Shown here piece by piece: positions 53,165-64,000 of a DNA stretch of 64,000 nucleotides. This DNA comes from Monocercomonoides exilis PA203 (taxonomy: Eukaryota; Protista; Preaxostyla). The notes beneath the pieces are model-generated. The model saw only the letters and a list, made by a program, of their open reading frames with translations. It did no database searches and was not told the origin of the DNA. A program made the position numbers and the translations under genes. Positions within the stretch are counted from its first letter, which is position 1. Each line of letters opens with the position of its first letter. Where the stretch lies: assembly GCA_001643675.2 (NCBI GenBank), contig LSRY02000002.1, positions 2,232,001-2,296,000 on the forward strand, given 5' to 3'.

Positions 53165-56100
53165 ATGTCAACTTTAAATGGTGTAATGGTGCTGCATTTT
53201 TGCAGAGATGCAAAAAACACAAATAGCACTGTAGAAGAAACACTTCGCAAGTTTAGAGGGAAATTTTTTTTTATTCATAGCATAATGAATGTACCTGCAA
53301 AATTGTCTTGGGACTTTCTTACAGGATCATTGCTTCTAATACCTCGCAGATATGTTGAATTATCATTAATTAAAATTCCGTATTCACTTCGGATTGTAGT
53401 GGCATTTTTAGCATGGTATTCTTTTGAAAGTTTATGATTTAAAAATTAATAAATAAGCATTTGAAAGCTTTGCATTACGATTTTTAACAGTGCTTTTCCT
53501 TCCATTTTTCCTTTCAAGTGGAATTCACATGATTTTACTTTGGGATAATCTACAATGCTCGTTATTTTTGTATAATTCTTCAATGTTATTTATTTCAACC
53601 TACAAAATAGTAACAAGTGTGTAAATTTCATTGATTATAAAGAGCAAATTTTCTTTTTTTTAATTTTATAAAAAATATTTTATAAGTTATTTGTTCAATT
53701 TTTATTGCTGGTTTAGCACCCTTTCCAACTTCAACATGCATCACCCCTTCATCACTTATTTCTATTATCACCTTTGCAGGACCAAGAATGCAGCCATCAA
53801 TCTATTTATTTGGACTAATATTTGCAGTAATTGTCTTCGCTATTATTTCCGCAATATTAAGATATAAATATGTCCACTTCCCAGATTTTTCAAATGGTTG
53901 CCCAAATTGCTTGTATTGCATTGTGATGCGCCTTCAATGCTGCTTGCTTTCTATTCTGTCGCTCCTTCTTCTTCATATTGGATGCGATTTCATTCTTTCA
54001 CTCTTTCCATCAAAACCGTTGCTTGGCAGAGACTCTTCTTCTTCTCCACTTTCATCTTCGACCATTGCAAGGTCATCTGCTCTGCTTGCTTTGGGCTGCT
54101 TCTTTTGTTCGTCTCTTCTGTTTGCAATCGAAATATATGCTTTGAAGAGATGTGCAGACTCTTTGGATTTATCTTCATACAATGTAAAGCATAGCAACAA
54201 ATATTATGAATCTCATTCTTTCATAAAGAGCAAGAGTTACTTTGATAATGATGCTGCGAATTTTGATGCGTCTGATTCTTATTCATCGAGTCTCAAGAAA
54301 GTTGAAGAGCCAATTCAAAGGGGAAGTATTATTCAATCAAGTTCTTCAAATATTCCAGACTTACCAGTTGCCATGCAGACTGAGTGCTCTACAACAACTT
54401 CGCCTCCTCTTTCTTCGGCTTCGACTTCAGCTCCAACTTCTTCGTCGCAGCCTGACTGCAATGCGCCTCTCACTTCTCCGTCGCACCTTTCAGTTTTTTC
54501 TTCAACGCCTGCTGTTTTGGAAGTTACTGACAAATCCAACTCTTTTCATTCACTTCAAACAACTCCACCATCAACCTCACATTGCACAGATTATATTTGC
54601 GCTCGGTCAGCAAATCGGTCGTGCCAGTTTCTTCCTTTTCTTTCAGAAGTGGTTTGCGCTGTCTTCTCCTTCTTGTGCTCCTTTTATGTTCTGGGCGAAT
54701 GGCCTTCGTTTGCGCCGTTTGCAGAGCTGCCTCTGGATCAGCCTTCAACTCCACTCTCATCTTTTTTATCTTCAAATTGGCCTCCTCTTCTTTCGCTTTT
54801 GATATCTTTTTTCATGATTCTCCTTCATTTCACAATGTTCTTCACTTCTTCAGCGACAAAAATGGATGAAGGCAAAATAGACAAGTCTGAGAATGAATGC
54901 TCGGTGGCTGCTCCGATGAATACTGAAGAGATAAGCGTGCCTATTCCAAGACATCCATCTTATTCAGCTCCGCCTCATTCAAAAGAGCATATTGATGTTT
55001 GTGTGACAGACGATGAAATCCTCAAAAAGAATATCATCATGGCCCAAAATATCGAATTCGTTGATGCAACTGAAAATATTGGCAGCCTTCTTCATCTTCA
55101 GTCAAAGACAATATCAATTGGCTGTGTAGACTACCAAAAGCAGACAGATCAAAATACATGCCAAGAAATAAAGGAAGGCGGGAAAAGAGAAGAAAACTTA
55201 GAAGCAGAAGAAAGAGAGGCGATGGAATATGGAAAAGAGGAACCAGATCTACAGGAAAAAGAAATTAAAACAAAAGACAATGATCGAAATATCAAGAAAG
55301 AGAATGCCCAGACAGCTTCTATCTGCAAGCCACGGATTGCTGTGAGAGATCTGATATTCGATAACAAGTGTAGAGCAATCACGACTGCAGAGCAAGGGAA
55401 CACCAGGAACATTCATCTTCCTCCACTTCCACCAAATCATCGAAGACCTTCTCACAAACAGCTGCAAAGTCGCACTAACAATACTCGCGAGCTATCCAAA
55501 GCAGAAAATCCTGTTCCTTCTCACAACAACAGCGTGAGTCAACGGCAGAAGCAAAAACTTGTTCAAAGCAAGCCTCGCAGCGCCTGTGGCACTCATTCGC
55601 CGTCAGCTTCTTCTGTTTCGTCAGTCAGATCGGCCAAGACGCCTGTTGTTCTTTACCCGTCTCCGCTGCTCCCTTCGCCAGGCGTCCTTCTTGCTGCCCC
55701 TTCTCCTTCGGTCTTTCTGTCTCCGTCGTCTGCAGCTGCTGCCTTTGCGACCACTTGGAACGAGCTGAAGAACTTCAGCTCTGATTTGGACCGGAGGATA
55801 AGAAAACTGAGAGAAAGAGAGGCAAAACATGGGGTGACGCAAGCATCTTCACGGAAAGACGGACAAGAAAGGAGAGATTCGTCCATTGTTGGCAGAAGAA
55901 AAGAGGGAGATAATAAAAGAGAAGGCCAAAATTCTAATGATGGAGAGCGAAGTAACTCAGATATAGACGATCTTAATTCTCTCAACAGCACAATCAGCTC
56001 TACTAATTCCGCCCTCACTTCAACATGTGAACCTGTGGTATGACTTTTTTATTTGAAAAATGACAATCAGTCAATTTATTGATTGATATTAAAAAAATTA

Positions 56101-57015
56101 TTTTATGGAAATGTTGTTATAATATTCTGTAATTCTTGTTGTTTTGTCTTTCTTTTTAAAATTCAGATGATTCGCCCAGCAATGTCCAGCTACATGATGA
56201 GTGTTCTTCCTACAATTCCATCTTTGTCTGCTGTTAATCGTTCAAACACCAACTCACACAGCGTCTGCTCTCCTTCTTTCAACAGAGCTTCTTCAAACAC
56301 ATCGACGCTGAAGTCTGTTTGCCGCTTTCCGATGCCATCGTATGCATTTGACAGAACAGGCAGGCTCCTTTGGTCTGCTGACTCGTCTGTCCTTCCGCTG
56401 AAATCTGCTGCTTTTTCGCCAGTCATCGCTAGAAGTCCTATTTCATTTCCCGCAAAACCTTCTTCTTCTTCATTGTCTTCCCTCTCTTCAACCCTTCCAT
56501 CTATGTCTTTACCTTTAGCAAATGCGGAAGACACTGCTAATCCTTTCGCTTCTTCATTAACTGCGTCTTCTCTTCGTTTTTCTCCCAGGCGCTCTTCTTC
56601 GCTTCCTCCAAGATGTCCTCATTCGTCTTTCAGCACTCAGCGAACAATTCCCTCTGCCAACTGCAATCATTCCATTCTTTCTGGAAAGCGTTCTCATCGC
56701 AGGTCACAATCAAGTGATATGTCTTCATCGTTAACTTTATCACACTCACACAAGTCGCATCATTCTTTGCATCTTCATACACAAAAAGCTCCTCTTTCAA
56801 ATCATTCTCCTCCGATTAGCATACAAACCATCAAACGAGTAATGACTAACTCCTATCAATTAAACATACCAAAAAGTACTTCAGATGCTTTTGACACAGA
56901 AAACAAAGCAAACACTCCACAAACGGAGCAATTTAATGTGATGCTCGTTCTTCCACACGACTGCCACGATCATCATGCAATTGAGTTGGGTGGAAATCCA
57001 CCAAAAACATTTTAA
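53165..57015 (+). CDS. Multi-exon hypothetical multipass membrane protein with long Ser-rich cytosolic tail
   Basis: ORFs 53165..53437, 53788..56043 and 56083..57015 join via in-frame introns 53430-53490, 53617-53686 and 56038-56166; a possible frame-neutral intron 53181-53324 leaves the 5' end uncertain. Several hydrophobic helices lie in the N-terminal half. Confidence 0.65.
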
Positions 57016-57454
57016 TTTCTGTATTTCTTTTTTATTTTGTTAGAAATTATGTATTTTTTATAGAAATTCATTTGTCTTGAGCTCAAATTACAATTTAAGC
57101 TGTTAAATCGAAAGAGCTTTTTTGTATCACATTTGAATCAACTTTTTATTCGAATCATTCTATTTTTTAAGTTTGAACTTAGTTTTTCCTTTCATTTCGT
57201 CTTTAAGACGTGATGGATTCATTTCCTTTGAACAAAAGCAAAAGAATGAACGATTCATTTTTGATCAGGAAACAAAATACATTGAATGATAGATGGAAAA
57301 AGTTGAAATAACAAATAGTCGAAGATATCTATCTGAAAAGCCTTAATTATGTATTGAAAATTTTAACTAGAAAGAGCAAAAGATTGATAAAAATTCAAAT
57401 TATATTTTTGTTTCTTTTGGTGATTTTTCAAATCTTAACTTTTGCTTTTCATCT

Positions 57455-59935
57455 TTATCCTGTCACTGTTAGAGTGCGATGTAATTCTAATAGTTGTGCC
57501 GGAGTGTGAATATTTTTGACTGGAGGATATGACACTCTGTGCTCAGTTGGGTTAGATGCATGGCGAAATGAAAGAGAATCGCGAGTGGACAAAGAAGAAG
57601 TTACTGAGGTTGATGGAGAAGGAAAAATGTGCTTGGATCTGGTGTCAATAGCTGGCGCGGGTGATGGAAGTCGCATAACTGATGAAGGTTTAACAAATGA
57701 AGGCGATTGAACTCGCGGAGGTACAAACATTGCTGATGATTCGTTTTCAATGTCTTTTTGTGTGTGCACATGTGACTGAGACTGAGTAACATTCTGCTGT
57801 GCAAATGCTACTGAACGTGTTGGTGTTTGAGAGATGCTGGCTGATTGAGGTTCGTGCTCCTGTGTGATGAAAGAAGATGAAGTTCGAAGTGTATTAAGTG
57901 GTGAAGGTGTGGCGATAGAAGACAATCTATCACTGTGAAGTGGTGTTGTGATGCGAGAAGATGAGGACGAAGAAGAAGCTGATGTGGATGAAGGAGGCAA
58001 AAGTTTCTTTGAACGAAGTGGCGTTGGGTGTCCAGCTGGAACTCCATGCAAAGATTTTTCCAGATACATTTCATAAAAATCTCGAGTTGTTTGAGGTTTC
58101 TGTGATCGTTGCGATGAAGGTACATCGCCTGAAGGATAACCGCTTTGCTCATTTTCTGAGTCATCATATTCTTCATTATTCTTTCCCTCACTTTCAAACC
58201 TCTGTCCTTTATCACTCACTCTTTTTTGTTGATTAATACTTTTCTGCCTCTGCACTCTAATTGAACTTTCTTTCCTTCCTTCGTCGTATGATGGTGGTAG
58301 ATTTGCTGCAATTTCTCTTTTCCTTTCCAGAAGCATTTCTACTGCTGCTATTTTAGTTGGCGTTTGCTGAGTTCCTCGTCTCATGGATGATGACAACGCA
58401 GGGCTGTGCGGATAGAAGAGAGTAGAAAAGTAGGCACCAGAAGATGTAGAAGAAGATGATTCAGGTGCTGGAGATGCATGGGCCCTCTCTGTTTGTGCCC
58501 GTTTCGGAGTTTTTAAGGAAGAATAAAACATCATTCTTCCAGAATTGTCTCGAGATGATGATCTTGCAGACTGAATACTGCTTTGCTGGACATCTCCTTT
58601 TTTCTTGAATTCTGGTTTTGCAGATTGTTGGAACAAAGCTGAAGTTGTGAGCTGAGATGGTTGAAGTGAAGCTTGACGACGTGAAAAATAAATTGGCTTT
58701 TGTTGAGAAGCCATTGAAGAATTTGAATTGAAAAGAGATTTTCGATTCTTATCTTGCTTTCTTTCAGAAGTCCTTCCAGGTGTTGCTTTGTTGCGCGTTG
58801 GAAGTCTTTCTGTATGAGGAGAAGATGTCAGTTCCGGAGGAAGAATGCTTTGCTCCATAATACCTTTTTGTTGAAGTCCATTTTGCGGCTTTGGTTTTTT
58901 GGTTTTGTTATTCCATTTTTCTTTGGTAAAATAAGGATCGTTTTCGTTGTTTTCATAATCTTCTTCATTATCTTCTTCAAAGAAGCTGCGTGTTGTTTTG
59001 GTTTCATCATTTTCATAGATTTTTGTTTGCTTTTCTGTAGCAATAGACAGAGGATGTTGCTTTAATTCGCTTCCAGGAGGAAACAATGAGGTGGGAAAGA
59101 AAAGACGAGGAGGAGATGAAACCAATGATGGATGCAAAAGAGATGGTTGTATGAAGTGAGAATGAAGTGCTGATCCACTGCTCGAATCAGAAATAGCATT
59201 TCGCACAGGCGTTGATAAAGAACTACGTGCTGGCTGTGACGAAGCTACAAATTGTGGAAGATATGGAGAGGATGGAAAAGTGTTTGGTGCATGTTCATTG
59301 GATAATTCTTGCTTTGGTTGAGATGATAACGGTAAATAGTTACCAGGAACTTCTTTCGAGGTAAAGCTGTTGTTACTGACTTGGTTACGTTCAAATTCTT
59401 CTTTTTCAATTTGCTTCATTTTCTTCAATTCGTTCATTGTTCCCTTTAGAAGTTTAACAAGCTGGTTAATTGTTGCGTCTCTCTCAGCAATAAGTTTTTT
59501 AAGACTATTGGTTTCTTCACTTAGAGCATCTGCAACGCGTGATGCTGCTGTTAAAGCAAGATTAGATACAGGAGTGGATGGACGAGATGTTGGTGTCATT
59601 GTTGGTGAAGGAGTTCTGTATGGTGTTGAAGGGAGTGAAACATGCAATGATTGATTTGATTGAGTTTCAAATTCTTCTGTATCTTCTTCTTCAAGAGCTT
59701 CTAATTCCCTTAAACGTTCTCTTCTTGATAAAATTCTTTGTTCAAGTTCGTAATTCTCTGCTTCAAGCTTTTTAACGTTCTCTTCCCTCTTTTTATTTTG
59801 GTCCTTTAATAATGATAGTCGATTGTTATATTCATTTTTCGCATTTTCGTTTTCCTGATGAACAGCAAATAATCTTTCTTCGAGTTGTATCGTCTCTTTC
59901 TCCAATTCGTCAATCATCTCACTTGATACGTTCAT
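57455..59935 (-). CDS. Hypothetical protein: N-terminal coiled coil plus Ser/Pro-rich disordered region
   Basis: 826-aa uninterrupted ORF with ATG start and heptad-like N-terminus; no family recognised. Confidence 0.7.
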   Translation of the reverse strand: MNVSSEMIDELEKETIQLEERLFAVHQENENAKNEYNNRLSLLKDQNKKREENVKKLEAENYELEQRILSRRERLRELEALEEEDTEEFETQSNQSLHVSLPSTPYRTPSPTMTPTSRPSTPVSNLALTAASRVADALSEETNSLKKLIAERDATINQLVKLLKGTMNELKKMKQIEKEEFERNQVSNNSFTSKEVPGNYLPLSSQPKQELSNEHAPNTFPSSPYLPQFVASSQPARSSLSTPVRNAISDSSSGSALHSHFIQPSLLHPSLVSSPPRLFFPTSLFPPGSELKQHPLSIATEKQTKIYENDETKTTRSFFEEDNEEDYENNENDPYFTKEKWNNKTKKPKPQNGLQQKGIMEQSILPPELTSSPHTERLPTRNKATPGRTSERKQDKNRKSLFNSNSSMASQQKPIYFSRRQASLQPSQLTTSALFQQSAKPEFKKKGDVQQSSIQSARSSSRDNSGRMMFYSSLKTPKRAQTERAHASPAPESSSSTSSGAYFSTLFYPHSPALSSSMRRGTQQTPTKIAAVEMLLERKREIAANLPPSYDEGRKESSIRVQRQKSINQQKRVSDKGQRFESEGKNNEEYDDSENEQSGYPSGDVPSSQRSQKPQTTRDFYEMYLEKSLHGVPAGHPTPLRSKKLLPPSSTSASSSSSSSRITTPLHSDRLSSIATPSPLNTLRTSSSFITQEHEPQSASISQTPTRSVAFAQQNVTQSQSHVHTQKDIENESSAMFVPPRVQSPSFVKPSSVMRLPSPAPAIDTRSKHIFPSPSTSVTSSLSTRDSLSFRHASNPTEHRVSYPPVKNIHTPAQLLELHRTLTVTG

Positions 59936-60230
59936 CTCTTTGATAATGTGAGATCGCTATGCTTTTAATTATTGTTTTGATTTGTTTTTCCTTTTAATTT
60001 TTCAAAAATAAATTTTAAATTTTGAAATGATCAAAATACCATACTGAATTATTTTTTTGTTTTTAAATATTAAATATTTTGAAAAGATTATGGATTGAGA
60101 AAATGTATGGATGACAGTTGTGTAACAGATCAATAATACAACCCCAGATAGATATAAACAAAATTAAGACCAAAAATAAAATCTACATAACGCTCCAAGC
60201 TGGTTGTTTTAAAAAAAATATTTGCATAAT

Positions 60231-63200
60231 TTAGACTTTGGTGGTGTACTTGATACCATCTTCTCCATCAAGTACGCCTTCAATGGCAAGCTTGATTCTA
60301 TCAACAGTGAAGGGTGATAATTGATATCTCAAGACAGGCAATCCACGATCAAAACGAGCAGAATTCACAGCGTGTCTTAAAGCCATCAGCACAGACACAC
60401 CCAGCAGCACAGGAGACTCGGCAGTTGTCTTCGAAGCACCAACATTTGGCTCACATCTGAATCCGTGTGCCAAAGTTGTGCGAAGCTCCAGCGGCACATC
60501 GCGGGCAAGAGGCACTGCGTATGTGTGCATGTCACTCAGCATGGCACCTGTTGCGATGTCATACTCGATCTCTTCAGCAGTCACCCATCCGACACCCTGG
60601 ATGAACCCTCCTTCCACCTGGCCTGCATCCAAAGTAGGATTCAGCGAGCGGCCAGCATCTTCAATCAGATCTGAGCGCAGGATTGTGAACTCTCCAGTCT
60701 CCACATCCACTTCGACTTCGCTGACAGACACACCGAATGCATAGTAGAAAGCGGTGAATCCAGTCTTTGTCTTCCACTGCCAGTTGATTGTTGGAAGAAT
60801 GAAGTGTGCCTGGCCAGACATCGCATACCGACTGAAGTATGCTGTTGTGCAGATCTCGGGCCATGTCTTGTCCTTCATCTTTTCTCTCAGAGGAGCAAGC
60901 GATGCGTTGATTTGCTCACATGCCTTTTTCACTGCTCCTCCATTCAGATCCAACCCAGTTGAAGCGGCTGTTGGTTGTGTGTTTGTGCATGTTTCTGTGG
61001 ATGTGTGGAGCACATGAATGAATGAAATGTCAATGCCAAGTGTTTCGGCAGCAACTTGTGCGATTTTTGTGTTCAGTCCTTGTCCCATTTCAATTCCAGA
61101 GTGTGCAACTTCCACAGACCCATCGGGAAGAACATGAACAAGTGCCTCAGCCTGGTTCATAAAGTCATCTTCAAAGCAAGCTCCGTTCTTCATTGGTGTA
61201 ATAGCAATACCTCTCTTTGTGCTGGTGTGTGTTGCATTGAATTCATCAACAGCTTTCAGTCTGTTTTCGTAGTCTGAAGTCTTCATCAGCTCGTCCCACA
61301 TGATTCGAATGAATTTCTCTCCTTTGTTTTGCGAAATGAGTGATCCTGTCACAAGAGGATCTCCAACTTTGTTCATGTTGATATCTCTGATTTGCGACTG
61401 TGGTATTCCCAGAAGATCAGCTGCGTGTTCCAAAATCATTTCAATGAAGAGACACGATTGCGGAGCACCAAATCCTCTGAAGGCAGTGTTCGGGTTGTGG
61501 TTGGTCTTAGCAGCTCTTGCAACAACTCTGATGTTTGGAATTGTGTATGTTCCCTGCAGCTGGAATGTGCATTTGAACAGCACAGGACCTGTAACATCAT
61601 GAGCATATCCACCCTGTGCAATCACTTCAGCATCGAGTGCTTTGAGAAGTCCAGTCTTCTTCGAGGCAACGAGTGTGTATCTGCACCACATCGGATGACG
61701 CCCTCCATGCACAGCCATATCCATCGACCGCTTCATCACAAGACGGATTGGGCGGCCTGTTTTGTATGCGGCAACAGCTGCTGCAGTTGTCAAGATGCAC
61801 GGACGATCTTGTTTGCCTCCGAATCCACCACCAAGACGCATGGCTTTGCACATAACTTTGGCACGAGGAATGCCCAATGCGCCAGCCACATCAAACTGAA
61901 CCTTTGACGGGTTCTGAGTGGAAGAAAAGACATCGACCATTCCATCGTGTGGAATAACAACACAGTTCTGAGTCTCTCCATAATAATGATCTTGCCCTCC
62001 GGCTTTAGCTTCTCCTTCGATCACAACCCATTCGTAGTCTTCTGTGTCTGCTTCTCCTTTCTTCATTCTCTCCTCTCTTTCTTTCTGCTTCTGTCTGGTT
62101 TCTTCAATAACTTTCAATGGCTCGCCAAGAACAACGTCACTTCCCTCATACATTGAAAGGAATGACTTCTTCTCTACGGCTTCTTCCAATGTCAAAATAG
62201 CTGGCAGAACTTCATACTCCACCTTAACAAGTGTAGCTGCGTATTCTGCGATCTGAGGAGTGTCAGCAAGAATGAGACCAATTGGCTGGTGCATACATTC
62301 CACAATCTCATCTGCAAATATTTTTGTGTCCATCACAATTCCTGTGTGCTTGTTCTCTCCAGGAATATCCTTTGCTGTCACAATATCCACAACACCTGGG
62401 ATTTTCATGGCTTCACTTCCGTCGATCTTCAGTATCTTTCCGTGTGCAACGGTTGAGAGGATGAATTCAGCGTACAATCCACGTGGTGGCAGAGGCACAT
62501 CAACTGTAAATTGGGTCATACCAGTTGCGTGTGATTGGAGATGCATGTTGGACATTGGTTTTCCTATTAAAGTGTCAACTTTCTCGTAATCGAATGAGTA
62601 CTTTTGCAATTCATTGCGATAGCGGGTCTGTAATGGCTCCAGCTCCAACGGCTTTTCATCAACGGTCGATGGGCACGGTGAAGCCAATGCACTTCCTGAT
62701 GCGCTTTCCTTTTCGCATTTTTTGGGAACAATAGCTTTCAATGTGATTCCCAAGTGATGAGACATGTTGTAAGCGAACCGATTCAACGCTCCAGGCGCTG
62801 CGATGGTGATGTAACGCTTTGTAAGCCAAGTAGTGGGCAAAGGAGGACGAGATTCGTTGAGCTTCTCGCAGGCTGCTTTGTAGGCAGCGTCTGTCGAGGC
62901 TTCTGTTGGCATTCCAGTCAACAAAATAGTCTCAATTTCTTTCTTCATCACTTCCTTAGCTGCAATGATTGCTTCTGAAGAAAGCTGTGGTGCCTTCTTT
63001 AAGCATTCAGCTGTTCCTTCCAGACGATGGATTACGCAGAGAGGGCGTTTTGTCTTCACTGCCATAACAATGTCAGCTTCGGATGGAGTCGATGATGAGG
63101 ATGCAGAAGATGACGCACTTTCGACTGCCAATTGAGATTTTCCTTCTGGTTTGAATGCTGCTGTGAATGACTTTGTTGTCTCTCTATCAGCGTTACCTCT

Positions 63201-64000
63201 TCCGTCAGAGACTGTCAATGCAACATCTGAGAACTTCCATTCGCCTTTTGAGGCTTCTTCCAAAGTTGCCTTCATAACGACTAACATTAGCGATGCAGCA
63301 TTATCCTTTCTACGAGAAACAAGAAGGGCATCTGTGAACTGTTTCTTTGTAGCGCTTTCGTCGACACTGTTAATGCGCAATGTTGCACCAGTGATGAATT
63401 GCTTTCCGTGATTGTTGCAATCCATCACGCAGCATGTTGTAGCTTCGTATGGGGCTGCCTTATCACCCATCGAGCCGCAGCAGCTGCATTTGTCTGTCAG
63501 TGGCGTCCGTTGTGATGTTTTGCCTTCAACATCCTCCAACTGAATTGATATTCCAAGAGATACGAGAAGAGCACTCATTTCGCTCATAGACAGCAATTCT
63601 CCAGCAACAGTTGAAACGCATCTGATCTGCTTCGATCTCAAACGAGGAAGAATATCAGCCAACGTGCGAAGTGGATTGTGAGTGTTTGCTATTCATATGT
63701 TTAAAAATTGTGTATAAGCGGAGAGTAAACAAATGAAAAATAGCAATTTATAAATGAATATAAATTTATGAAATAATGAAATTATTCATCAAACGTGTTT
63801 TTGAAGTCTGTGCACGTGCATATTCGAGCAATGTCTGTACGGGAACGGCAGCTCCAATGTGCAATACTCCGTCCTTTTCCGTAATCTCTGAAAGTTCTGC
63901 AATTGATGCAGTGCTTATAATTGTACGTTTCGTGAGATAATCACGGAAAATTTGATTTGAATTTGTCGCACCTCCAAGAATCAAAGCATCTGGATGTGCC
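60231..64000 (-). CDS. Xanthine dehydrogenase/aldehyde oxidase-family molybdoenzyme (5'-partial: divergent FAD domain plus molybdopterin-binding domain)
   Basis: Intron 63794-63689 joins ORFs 63766..63984 and 60231..63662 in frame. Moco-domain motifs GGQDHYYGETQ, STQNP, RLGGGFGGKQ, GGRHP, TAFRGFGAPQ, GIEMGQGLNTK, PTAAS, GQVEGGFIQG, SKTTAESP; FAD-domain remnants GVLHIGAAV and SKQIRCVSTVAG. Confidence 0.92.

Noticed and set aside
1-64000. Genome-wide alternative genetic code (TAA/TAG = Gln)
   Set aside because: BUD31, the Rab and the molybdoenzyme end at TAA at their expected C-termini, and multi-kb ORFs have no in-frame TAR.

Overview
AT-rich eukaryotic genomic DNA with short GT-AG spliceosomal introns (about 43-130 nt) and the standard genetic code (genes end in TAA/TAG/TGA). 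The gene style (very large intronless Cys/Gly-rich surface proteins, long Ser-rich tracts) suggests an oxymonad such as Monocercomonoides; this is an inference, not a search result. I reconstructed 11 protein-coding genes, splicing them by hand where needed: a 5'-truncated type-I membrane protein with an EGF-like domain, a TFxP-repeat protein, BUD31, a SAM-domain/Rab11-like GTPase fusion, two paralogous giant (about 3,000 and 4,000 aa) beta-helix-like receptors ending in C-lobe-only pseudokinases, a roughly 3,100-aa protein with 31 IQ-like repeats, a split-CH-domain protein, U2AF65 with a split UHM, a multipass membrane protein and a coiled-coil protein. A twelfth gene, a 5'-truncated xanthine-oxidoreductase-family molybdoenzyme with altered active-site residues, runs off the window end. 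The gene-free island at about 9.0-13.6 kb holds two foldback/MITE-like elements, a relic inverted-repeat end and a decayed reading frame interrupted only by TAA codons. No rRNA, tRNA or CRISPR array was recognised. Best candidates for new biology: the receptor-pseudokinase family, the SAM-Rab fusion, the motorless IQ-repeat rod and the non-canonical molybdoenzyme.
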